Shown: positions 37,236-49,060, counted from the first letter of the stretch. The stretch is 64,000 nucleotides of DNA from Anolis carolinensis (GCF_035594765.1 NW_026943819.1:14744703-14808702); one strand, 5' to 3'. Notes: a model not told the origin generated them from the sequence alone. Numbers and translations: made by a program.

Positions 37236-37931
37236 TTGAGTGGTGAGTTTTTTTTTACTATCCTTTGCTTCCTTGCCCACTAAGCTGTGATCCTGCAGAT
37301 GTTGAGGAACTATTCCCAAAATATATTTCACACTGGCAAGGCTGTCGAGGATGATGGGAACTAATAGTCAACACCATCCCAGGAGGGAAGGGCGTGACTA
37401 TAGGTTCCACAACCATTGTGGGAAACCAAATTCCTAACATGACTCCTGCACACCATTCCCAACCATACAGTTTCTGTCATCAGAAGCTTTCGTCTTTGAT
37501 GATTTGGCAGTATGGCACTTCTTGATTCCCCACTTGCAAGTTGGTATAAAAAAAAATAGATCAATTAGGTTTGCTGGAGGCAGCCATAAAGACAAGTATG
37601 AGACAATTCTCACCAAATCTGGATGTTCTCACAGTTTTATCACCAGAAGAAATGCAATTTATGAGGCCAAAGAGTTGAGCTGCCTAGAGAAGTATTTATA
37701 TGTCATGTTTTTGTATGAACTGGCTGGATACTGGGAACTTGCTGATAAAATTGAGAGAGAGAGAGAGATCTATGCATAGATTGACACTTGACATTTTTAA
37801 ATGGAGACAAATGGCTCTTTAAAGGAATGCTACTAATGCAGCTGGAATGTAAAACCTCTGGATAATTTGTAGTGGATGGTCAAGGAGTTCTGATTCCCAT
37901 TTTTTAACCATAGCAACGGAAAGCCCAGATT

Positions 37932-38166
37932 CAGGCCTGTAGCAAGGGGGGGGGGGTGTTAGGGGTTCAAACCCGAAATTTTTCAGGTTATAAAAAAACC
38001 TGGTTTACTCATGAATTTTAACTGGTTAACCAAATCCCCATGCTAAGTCTATGAGACGCAAAACATTAAGAGTCCCTCCAGGCACTATCTCAAGCAGATA
38101 TTCAACCCCCCCCCCCTCCCAAATTTTCAAAACCCCTCCCGAATTTTTTTTCTGGCTACGGCCCTG
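37932..38166. mobile_element. hAT-like MITE
   Basis: Perfect TSD CCCAGATT (37924-37931, 38167-38174). Sister of the 10286-10577 element. Confidence 0.8.
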
Positions 38167-38666
38167 CCCAGATTGTATTATATTGCATTGACTTCCATTG
38201 TTTACCGTTGTTTTATTAAATGTACTCTGGCTATGGGACTGGTGAATAAAAACCATTTTTTAAAATGTTGTAGCTGTTTTAATATATTTGGGGGCTGAAT
38301 TCAAAAAATAAAATAATAATGTCAGCACGCAGAGTTATTTCCCAAATTCTATTACTAATTTCATTCAGTCACATTTTACAATGTACAAATGTCAAAGCAA
38401 GTTGTAGAAAAAAACAATATATGATGGAGCAAATCAGAGCTCAGTATTGGGTTTAGAACACCAAAAGTGTATAAAACCAGATTGCATTTTTTAAAAAGAT
38501 TTTATGACCCACAGTTTTGCAGAATACTCCATGTATTACCAGAAGGACTCTCCTGCCAGCCTTTGTGAGTGACTTATGGATGAGAATAATACAGTCCTAT
38601 GTTGCTGAGCAATATCTTCCACAGCAGTCTCCACAATTGTCATTTATTGAGTTGTTTTGGTTTGTT

Positions 38667-38894
38667 GTTGAAGGCTTTCATGGCCGTAATCACTGGGTTG
38701 CTGAGTTTTCTGGGCTGTATGGCCATATTCCAGAAGCATATTCCTGACGTTTTGCCCACATCTATGGCAGGCATCCTCTGAGGTTGTGAGGTGAGGATCC
38801 ACCTCTGAGGATGCCTGCCATAGATGTGGGAGAAGCATCAGGAGAGAATGCTTCTGGAACATGGCTATACAGCCCGGAAAACTCACAGCAACCC
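38667..38894. mobile_element. Inverted pair of Penelope terminal repeats
   Basis: ~95-bp arms (about 38694-38784 and 38801-38894) in inverted orientation, each with a mutated hammerhead core. Confidence 0.8.
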
Positions 38895-39136
38895 TTGCTT
38901 TGATTTGGCATTGGTATATTACTGTTGGCATTGAATGTTTGCCACTGTGTATTTTGTTGTAAGCGGCTTTGAATCACCTTGTGGAGATAGGGTGGGCTAT
39001 AAATAAAGTTTTCATTTCATTTCATTCATAATTGATTAAATCAACACCAAGTCCAAATCACAAGTATGTCAAATCTAAAGACGGCAATGGCTCTTCTTTC
39101 TACTCTCCCTCAAAATCATGAATCTGCTACCTACAT

Positions 39137-39298
39137 CAGTGATGGCCAACCTATGACACGCGTGTCAGCACTGACACGCCTAGCCATTTTTGCTGACACG
39201 CTGCCGCATGCAGATTGATTGGATGACTGTGTCTTTTGTGGCCAAATTTGGTGATTTGGTCCAGTGGTTTTTGTTGTTTACTCCGTGGGAATTATGCA

Positions 39299-39341
<43 letters not shown>

Positions 39342-40042
39342 TACATACATACACACACACAGTAGAATCTCACTTATCCAAGCCTCACTTATCCAAGCCT
39401 CTGGATAATCCAAGCCATTTTGTAGTCAATGTTTTCAATATATCATGATATTTTGGTGCTAAATTCGTAATTACAACATAACATTACTGCGTATTGAACT
39501 ACTTTTTCTGTCAAATTTGTTGTATGACATGAAGTTTTGGTGCTTAATTTGTAAAATCATAACCTAATTTGATGTTTAATAGGCTTTTCCTTAATCCCTC
39601 GTTATTATCCAAGATATTCGCTTATCCAAGCTTCTGCCGGCCCGTTTAGGTTGGATAAGTGAGACTCTACTCTGTGTATGTATGTATGTGTGTGTGTGTG
39701 TATATATATATTCTATTATTATTCTATTATTATTGTAGTATATTATCATATTATTACTATTATTGTATTATTATTATATTATTCATTATTCATGGCTACA
39801 TTGAAACTAGAATAATCAGCATAGAAACTGCAAGAGGTACCATAGATTGTTGTACATGGAAATAATGGTAGTAAATAGTTTTTGATTTATTGAATACATA
39901 TATTACAATTATATATTTTTGTTATTTAAACTATACATATTGTGAAATTATGGTTCTTTTCTCGAAGTGACACACCACCCAAGTCATGCTAGGTTTTTTG
40001 GTGAATTTTGACACACCAAGCGCAAAAGGTTGCCCATCATTG
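39137..40042. mobile_element. hAT non-autonomous element with nested mariner MITE
   Basis: TIR CARTGATGGSCAACCT; perfect TSD ACCTACAT (39129-39136, 40043-40050). Confidence 0.88.
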
Positions 40043-40044
40043 AC

Positions 40045-43000
40045 CTACATCATAAAGTAGCTATCCTTTCGTTCGAAAAAAAACAGGGTGTTCTCAGCAC
40101 TTTCCTTTGGACTCAACCCAATAGGTCTGTTTGGCTCTGAAGAAGTGCTTATGAACCAATTGGGGAATTCTGCAGATTCAAAAGAGCAAGTCTCTGGGCC
40201 CCCGTCGGCCTTGCTGTAGAAAGTAAAGGGCTTCAGTTCCTTTTTTTCTTGGTAAAGTTGCAGAATGCTTCTCTCCTAAGAAAAGATAAGGACTCAGTTA
40301 GTGGGGGTGGGCACACTGTGTCCGTAATGACAGCATTGCTGCAAGATCACAGAACAGGATCAGAGACTCATTGAGTAGGAAAGGGATCTGCGGCGCAAGG
40401 ACTCCAGCAACACCATCCCCAGCATGTGGCTGCCGCGTCTCCGGTTGAAGACATCCAGAGAAGGAGAAGACCCCACCTCTTTGGGTCATTGGTTTCATTG
40501 CCAAACTATTCTTACCATTAGGAGCTCCATCCTGAAGATATCTAAAGAGTTGTGTCGCAGTCGAGTCTTCTCCTCACCAGCTCCCTCACCTTTTTTTCAT
40601 GCTATTGTAATGCACAGCTGCCCTCCTGCTCCCCCCACCCTTTTTTAGGAACTTGCTAGGCAGGTTGGGATACTGTAGAAATTGATATTGGTGATAACAC
40701 TGGAGACCCAGGAAGGAAGGTAAGTCAGATAAAGGACATGTGGAGACACCAGCCATGGCTTGTTCATGTGGATTATAACTTCTGATATTTCACTAGCTAT
40801 TCAGGTCAGAGGGTTCTGTGAGTTGTAATTCCTGAAAGTAACCTTTCCAAGCAATGATCTTATCTTTTCTTTGAATCCTGCGTGGGTTTTAAGCAAAGGA
40901 GAATAGAAATTCAGGACAAGCTACCATGTTTCCCCGAAAATAAGACAATGTCATATTAATTTTTGCTCCCAAAGATGCGCTAGATCTTATTTTCAGGGGA
41001 TGTCTTATTTTTCCATGAAGAAGAATTCACATTTATTGTTGAACAAAAAAATGAACATTTATTATATACTGTACAGTAGTTGTCATCACAAACCAGCATA
41101 ACCAGACAAACTGTGAATCCTATCAATAATTTCTTGTTACTACCATTATTTCCATGTACAACACTCTATAGTATATATACTTACCAATCCTGCATGCTCT
41201 GGTGTTCTATTTGGCGGGCATGCCTCCAAACAAAAACTTTGCTAGGTCTTACTTTCGGGGGAGGCCTTATATTTAGCAATTCAGCAAAACCTCTACTAGG
41301 TCTTATTTTGAGGGGATGTCTTATTTTTGTGGAAACAGGGTAGAAACTATCCATGTTTCAATAGTCTCCAGCTGTGACATGTTTCCTACTTGCAGGGCGA
41401 TGGGGTGATAAAGAAAGGAGGGAGAGAAGAGGGAGCAACCCCTCACCTTCCTGCTCTCCCTACTCCTCCCTGTCTTTTTGCCTCTTGAACTTGTGATCAA
41501 CACACTGTTACGCGACAGCTAACAGGCAGGACCCATGTGACAGCACTGAACCACATTCTGAACCTCTGGGCAATTGGGACTCACTTCCATTTCCGCAGCA
41601 GCTAGGACAGTGCCTGTCTGAACCATCCCAGGGCTGATGGGTGCATGGCACACCAGAGTAGCCCTAGTTCTGTGGGTCAGTGTAGATCTGAGCTCTGGCA
41701 CTGTAAACTGGAACATCCAATGGTATATAGCACAAAATATGCACATTTGGAGCCCCTGGGTTAAACCGCTGAGCTGCTGAACTTGCAGACTGAAAGATCA
41801 GCGGTTCGAATCCAGGGAGCGGGGTGAGCTCTAACTGTTAGCCCCAGCTTCTGCCAACCTAGCAGTTCTAAAACACACAAATGTGAGTAGATCAATAGGT
41901 ACTGCTCCAGCGGGACAGTAACAGCACTCCATGCAGTCATGCTGGCCACATGACCTTGGAGGTGTCTACAGACAACGTCGGCTCTTCAGCTTAGAAATGG
42001 AGATGAACACCAACCTCCAGAGTCAGGCACAACTAGACTTAATGTCAGGGGAAAACCTTTACCTTTACCTATGTGGAAGGAGCCTCCGGTGGCCTAAGGG
42101 ATAAAAGCCTTGTGACTTGAAGGCTGGGTTGCTGAAAGCTGCCAGGTTCGAATCCCACCTGGGGAGAATGTGGATGAGCTCCCTCTATCAGCTCCAGCTC
42201 CATGCGGGGACATGAGAGAAGCCTCCCACAAGGATGGTAAAAACATCAAACATCCGGGCGTCCCCTGGGCAACGTCCTTGCAGACAGCCAATTCTCTCAC
42301 TCCAGAAGCAACTCCGGTTGCTCCTGACACGAAAAAAAACCTATGCGGAGTCAGTATCGTAATGCAGAAAATTACACTTTTTTTTTTAAAGAAAAGGAAA
42401 ACAAATTTTTAACAAGTGACACTCACCACTATCTGCAGCTGTGGCTGACCCTCACCAGACTTCACACAGCAGAAACTGTGGTTTTTATCACTCAGCCCCA
42501 TAAAGATGGGCTTCTTTTTGGGATCGAGGGCAGTGTTAGGGAGCACAGATATTAAGTGATCTGGAAGAGAAAAATAGGGCAAATACAGTTAGTGAAATAG
42601 GAGAAGAATGTAAGCTATTTTCCATTGTTTCATGGCTTTTGGGTAAAAAGTAACTGACAGAAAGTTGAACATTCAAAGATATGTTAGCCTGGAATGCCAA
42701 TATGCCAGAGCTCTTGTAGCATCCCATTTAGACAATGATGTCTCATGTTCAATACTACCACATACATATCTTAGTGCATAATTCTACTTCCACAGACCAG
42801 ATTTCTATAGATGTTCTCCATAAAATAAAAATATCTAGCCACTTCCATAGGGAAACACAGAAATGTCTAATACACCTACAAGGTTCTTCTTCTCACATGC
42901 AGTAGGAAGGGAGAGGTGATACTTGACAGAAGGTGGTAAAGAGAAGGGAGCCCTCAGCAGACTTTTCTTCCTGCCAATGATTTGGAGTCACTAAGAAATG

Positions 43001-44669
43001 GTCAACAAACCCCATGATGCAATGGCAGGTCTTCTTATCTAGCCCAAGAATGTATGAATCTGGACAAGTGGAAGGTTGAGATGAAAACACAGAACCAAAG
43101 TCGCAGCAGTTACCTGGCATATTAGCATTTTGAAATTTTGCTAGTAGCATGTTGCCCATCAGGAAAAGGAACTTCTGGCTAATATCCCAAATCCTGAACA
43201 ACCAGGGTGTCCTTAACTTGGCGGTTTGAAGCTCATAATCCCCTGGGGAGGAAATATGTATATAGTACATGCATTTCATATCCACATAGAGTAAAGTCTC
43301 ACTTATCCAAGCTAAACGGACCGGCAGAAGCTTGGATAAGCGAATATCTTGGATAATAAGGAAGAATTAAGGAAAAGCCTATTAAACATCAAATTAGGTT
43401 ATGATTTTACAAATTAAGCACCAAAACATCATGTTATGCAACAAATTTGACAGGAAAAGTAGTTCAATACGCAGTAATGTTATGTTGTAATTACTGTATT
43501 TACGAATTTAGCACCAAAATATCACGATATATTGAAAACATTGACTACAAAAATGGCTTGGATAATCCAGAGGCTTGGATAAGCGAGGCTTGGATAAGTG
43601 AGATTCTACTGTATATGTATAAACAAGCAAATAAAAAAATTCTAAGGAAGCATCAAAAGGCTGGAAGGCGGCACATTTGAAAAAGTAACTCACTACGAGA
43701 CCTTTTAAGACAGATGTAGGAAACTTTGAGCCCCATTTCCCCCACCCAAAAAAACCCTAGTTATTGCCCTCATCTCCCCACTCTACCCTCTCATGAAGCA
43801 AATAGAATTATATATAACGTGTATATAATTTTGTCTTGGATGTACAATTTTGCATAGAGGACCATTGAGTTGAGAAGGATCAATACACACTTCAGTGGGT
43901 ATTGAAATTCGATTCCCTATGCAGTCTTTCAGCATTTGAATTATTTCTTTAGTGTGAGATGCGCTTGGTTAATGGAGCTATATTTGTAAGGGATAATTAT
44001 ATAATGCATGACTCTAAATAATATGTGACACTAAACATTTAAAGATATCTGCACAGTTTGGGGATTTCTACAAGTCTAGAAAAAGGTGGCAACTTGGGTC
44101 AGAGGACTTAAAAATGACAAGAACAGCCCTTTCGAGGGATTCAATTACAAAGTGGCAACAGGGGCAATGGTGATATCCAAAAATATCATTTCACTTTTTG
44201 TTAAAGACTTAGCAATTTCACATAATCCAACATTTCACAGAGGAAAGTCAATACTTCAAACAACATCAGAATGTGATCAATAGGGAGGGGGGGGGAATTA
44301 TGAAGAAGAACACATAAGAAATGGGTAGCTGCAGCAATTTGCTTTTGCCAGTTTCTGTCTTTTCTCCCCACTGCACTTTTTATAAGTTTGCAGCAATTGA
44401 GCTCAAAACAATGGAGGGAAAGTGAGATGAGAAAAACCAGGACCTTCTAAAAGTCACTGAAAAGGTTGGTCAACACAAGATTAATTGTGGCTGTCATGCC
44501 AAATCAGGACAGTAGAAGGGGATGCAATCTAATACATTTCTTAACAATAGAGACAGCAATTATATGTCTGTCTTCTCTATTTGAATACTAGCAAATTAAT
44601 ATTTAAACCTGGATCTGACTCTCGACTCTTGTCAGAAAATAAAGCAGCCACTTCCTGGTCCCAAGACAT
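40045..44669 (-). CDS. IL-1 family cytokine paralog A (IL-36/IL-36Ra/IL-1Ra-like), 184 aa
   Basis: Exons 44669-44609 (acceptor boundary 44691), 43242-43114, 42560-42427, 40275-40045; 555 nt in frame. Protein: [184 protein letters not shown]. Confidence 0.9.
41750..42339 (+). mobile_element. Sauria SINE (41750-42070) followed by a tRNA-related SINE (42079-42339)
   Basis: ACCTTTACCTTTACCT tail; second element has GGTTCGAATCCC and an A-tail. Confidence 0.8.
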
Positions 44670-45907
44670 CTTGTTTGAGTTATATTATATCCTGTTAAAG
44701 AAAGCAGAAAGAAAATTTAAAAGAGATTCAAACAGATTAATCTACAGTTGTTTAGACCCAAAAGAAAAATGGTAGTTGCATCTGTGGGTGCCAAATCTTG
44801 AGGTCTCTCAGCTAGGAAAACTACTGCATCTGTCACAGATTCTGCTAGAAGTCTATTATATTTATTTATTTATTTACAGTATTTATATTCCGCCCTTCTC
44901 ACCCCGAAGGGGACTCAGGGCGGATCACAACGTACACATACATGTAATTTATTTGCCTTCCTCCTTCCCACCCAGTTTTGGGGGGTTCATGCTTCCCTCT
45001 GTTCTTCAGCTACTTTCTGACTAGAAGCAAGTAAGATAGGATCCTTGTCCCACTCCCTTCATAAGTAAATAATCTGCTCTCTTCACTTTGGTCTGAAAAC
45101 AATCTCTTCAATGTGGCCGCATCTACACTGCAATATAATGTAGTTTGTTGTTACAGTTCAGCTAGAACTGGGGCTGATGGGAGTTAAAGCTGGACACACT
45201 TTAAGCTGTTAGAATTTCAGGCCAACTGGTTTTGGGGGGATGATGCAGGATGATGGGAAATGGAGTCCAGTCATATCTAGAGAGCCACCTGAAACCCACT
45301 CTCAATAGAGCTGGACCAAGCTTGTTACATATATCCATCATGATCCAACTAAAATACTTGTGGGGTTAGGGAGGACCGATAGAGGATGATGGGAGCTGAA
45401 GTCTAACAACGTCTAGAAATGCAGACCAGCCAGATGTGGGGCTGGTGGGAGCATGATCTGGAGCTGATGAGAATTGCAATCTTTACACTTGTGTACAGTT
45501 TTAAGATACAGACATCCCTTTACATTTGCTGGGGTTAGAGTCATAGGACCACCATGAAAGCGGGGAAGATATCATAAATAAAAAACTGCTATTTTTATCT
45601 GAGAGAACACCACTTTAGAAATATATAGGTTTACAGTAGCCAGCAAAACTTTTTGATCAACTTCCATAGAACTGCTTTGTAGGATCTGGGGGTGGTGTTC
45701 TCTCTAGAAATCTCTTGTTCCTCCAGCATGACAAAGAACACACCAGAGGACCTAGGGATTCCGAACGAGAAAATTTTAAATGAAATCCATGAATACTCTA
45801 ATCAACAAAAACCAAAACCTGGATCTCCTGTTTCACAGGCAGTTTCACTCTAAAAGCAGCAAACAGAACAGAGGAAGAAGCCCAAAAGGGAAATGAAATT
45901 ACCGTAC

Positions 45908-46008
45908 CTTTGCCAATGTGACTTGGACTGTGGATTCTTGCTTTTCTCTTCTGTTCTGGAACTTCCACAAAGTTTTATAGTGACTCATCACAATTGGAGA
46001 ATTTGCAT
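45908..46008 (-). promoter_or_regulatory. Promoter and non-coding exon 1 of gene A
   Basis: On the minus strand: octamer ATGCAAAT (46008-46001), AP-1 TGAGTCA (45987-45981), TATAAAA (45979-45973), then an ATG-free stretch ending at donor AAG|GTACGG (45908). Confidence 0.65.
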
Positions 46009-47036
46009 CTTAAATGTGTCAGGAGCCTGGGTGTGCCTTTTGGCAGGCCACCGTTCTTTATTGAAATATAGCTTTGGGATTCAAGGTGTGGTCCTGTCTT
46101 GTTCTTTTCCTGGCACCTGTGATGCATCTTCTGATGGACTTCCCCTTTACAGTGGTGCAAGAGCTAACCAGAAAAACTGAAATCTCAAGTGTTTGTCTGG
46201 GCCAATGAACATATGTAGAGTTAGGCGAAATGTGTATACTCTTCACCATTCAGAAGCATTTTCAGCCATACAGTAATCTGAAGCCACTTCTATTTTACTG
46301 TTTGTAATGTTTTACCCCCCACCACCACCACCACCACCACCACCACAACCACACACACTTTTAATAAATAAATGCACAATTTAATTGGCACAGGCAAGCA
46401 TGTGGCATCTTTCAAACCAGTAGATTTATGACAGCATGAAAGATGGCAAATTTGTTGGACTCTATTGCCACTAGGGACGGTTGCTTTGCTGCAGTCAATC
46501 CACATTCTGAAACTGCATTATATGGCAGTGTAGATGGCATCTAAGAGATCCAGTTTGTCACAGAGTGCCTACACAGGCACCCCGTGAACCAGTTCCAAGT
46601 TGGGAAAGAATCCACAAAAATCCACTGACTGCGGATCACTCTAATCCAAGGATATTTCTTCCTATCTCCTCTGCAAGACAGACTGGTAAAAAAACCCTGT
46701 CACGACTTGATTGAAACAAATCAAAGTAACACAGTGAAAGGGAGCATTAACCCTGTTCTCACATGTGCTCTGGATGTTGCTCCTGTATTCCTGCTCTGCA
46801 TTGTTTACACACTGAAGGGCTTCAGTGGATTTTATGGCTCGATCCAGGATTTCTGGTGAGTTTTAAAAATATATATATACTGTTTCCAGATGGGTGTTGC
46901 AGCTCACATTGGGGATATACATCTTGTAGACATACCGACCTAGAGCTGCCTTCAATTTACCTGTGTAGAAGGACCAAAAACTGAATATTTTTAAATCTTC
47001 TCTAAGTTCCTTTAAACAGCATGGAATAGGATACAG

Positions 47037-47946
47037 CAGTGGTTCTCAATCTCTGGGTTCCCAGGTGTTTTGGCCCGGTGGTCACTGGAGCGATCCAGGG
47101 TGGTGGTGGTGTGGCACATATTAGGACACCAGGGTGGGGCCAGAGGAGGGGCGGGGCCTCTTTCCAAGTGCCGGAGACAGGGCTGAGCACCTGAGGCAGC
47201 TGTTAGGGCACACAGGGGGCGGAGCTAGAGGAGTGGGTGTGGCTTCTTCCCAAGAGCCCAAGACAGGGTTGAGAATCTATACCTCTCCTGAGGCGCTTGT
47301 TGGGACACAGAGGGCGGAGCTAGGGAAGGGGGCGGGGCCTCCTTCTAAGAGCCCAAAACAGGGCTGAGCCTCTATACCTCTCCTGAGAGGCCTTTTAGGA
47401 CTAAAGGGCAGAGCTAGGGGTGAGGGCGGGGCCTCTTCCCAAGAGCGCGAGACAGGGCTGAGCCTCTATATACCTCCCCTGAGGCGCTTGTTAGAACACG
47501 GGGGCAGAGTATAGAGGTTCAGCCCCATCAGACACTTGGAAAGAGGTCCCACCCCCTCCTCTAGCCCCGCCCCCTGTGTCCTGGAAGAGGGCGTAGGACA
47601 GGGATAGAAGCTCAGCCCTGCCTCAGAACTCGTAACTCTGCCCATCCCAGTCCTGGCCTCCCATTTGTGTCCCCGCCCACCTCCCCTCACAGCCCTGCAT
47701 CTTGGACTAGGGGAGAGGCTCAGCCCCGCCCTCTTGAGCAGGAGCCACACCCACCCCTCTGAGCCATGCCCACCCCTTTCCAGGGGGCGCTGAGTCATAT
47801 TTTTTCTGGAAAGGGGGCAGCAGGCCAAATAAGTTTGGGAACCACTGGCCTACAACTACCAGAAATCCAAGCCAGTTTACCAGCTGTTAGGATTTCTAGG
47901 AGTTGAAGGCCAAAATATCTAAGGACCCACAGGTTGAAAACAACTG
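47037..47946. mobile_element. hAT MITE with nested GC-rich tandem-repeat element
   Basis: Perfect TSD GGATACAG (47029-47036, 47947-47954). Internal ~65-bp repeats carry GGGGCGGGG boxes. Confidence 0.75.
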
Positions 47947-47985
47947 GGATACAGGGAGAAGTGTCTTAATGTATTACAATACATA

Positions 47986-49060
47986 CTAGCTGTGCCCGGC
48001 CACACGTTGCTGTGGCTTTTTTTAGTGATGTTGATCAATCTACATTAGGTTTTATTTTTACTGTGACCGTTTCCCTCTTTTATAGTCAGAATTAGTAATA
48101 GTTGTTGAAGTGTGTTACGTTGTTCAATTTGTATGTTGCTTGAAGATTGGTTGAGAGGAATGTTGTCTGTGATTTGAGCTGAGAGAGTGATGAGTACGGA
48201 ATGGCCTTGTATCTTGAAAGCCTGGCTGCTTCCCTGTCTGTGGGAGGAGGGAATCCATTGCTGGGAGGTGTTAGCTGGCCCTGATTGTTTTCTGGATGGA
48301 ATTCGTGTCTTTTCAGAGTGTTGTTGTTTATTTATTGTCCTGAGATGAGAGAGTGATGAGGACGGAATGGCCTTGTAGGTTGAAAGCCTGGCTGCTTCCC
48401 TGTGTGAGGGGGGGGAATCCTTTGTTGGGAGGTGTTAGGTGGCCATGATTATGTCTTGGATGGAATTCCTTTGTTTTCAGAGTGTTGCTGTTTATTTTCT
48501 GTCCTGAGATGAGAGAGTGATGAGTACCGAATGGCCTTGGACCTTCAAAGGGTGGGTGCTTCCCTGTTTGAGGGGGGGATCCTTTGTTGAGCAACCAGGC
48601 CTTGCAGTTATGAGGGGAGGAAACGAAATGGGCTGTAACCTCTTTGGTGAGTCCGGTGGGAGGGAGGGGGGATTTGAGTACTTTTTTCATTGGGTAGACC
48701 CCTGAGGGGTGGGATTTTGAACCGATCTTGCTGCTCCTGAGAAATATTAGGCTGTGGGATGGTGGGGAAGATGGCGACGGTGTCTTAGGGAGGGAAAGGA
48801 GTGCACACAGGAGCGGCCGTTGGAGGGAGGGGTGTGGATTGTTCTGTGTGCGCACGGGCTGGCCTCTTGGGCATGCGTAGATGGTGCGTTCCAGTTTTGG
48901 GGAGTTTTTTGGCCCCATGGAGGTTGGGGATGTGTAGTTTGTTTGTAAGAACGTAGAGACGTGGATGAGGGGTCGTGTTGTCAGTTTTCTAGGTTGGGGG
49001 GCCTTTAGTTTTGTTGTTTTGCCCGGTGGAGCGACGTCATTATTCTTTTATATATATAGA
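47986..49060 (-). mobile_element. Non-autonomous Helitron
   Basis: 5' TC (TCTATATATATAAAAG at 49060), subterminal hairpin GCCACAGCAACGTGTGGC, 3' CTAG (47986), inserted between A and T. Carries repeated Penelope-like fragments. Confidence 0.8.

Noticed and set aside
1668-44669. Assigning symbols IL1RN, IL36RN, IL1F10 or IL1B to the four genes
   Set aside because: The motifs are a mosaic of several mammalian members. There is no signal peptide and no long IL-1beta pro-domain, so orthology needs a phylogeny.
48328-48948. 196-aa ORF
   Set aside because: Lies within Helitron cargo made of repeated TE fragments; no domain signal.
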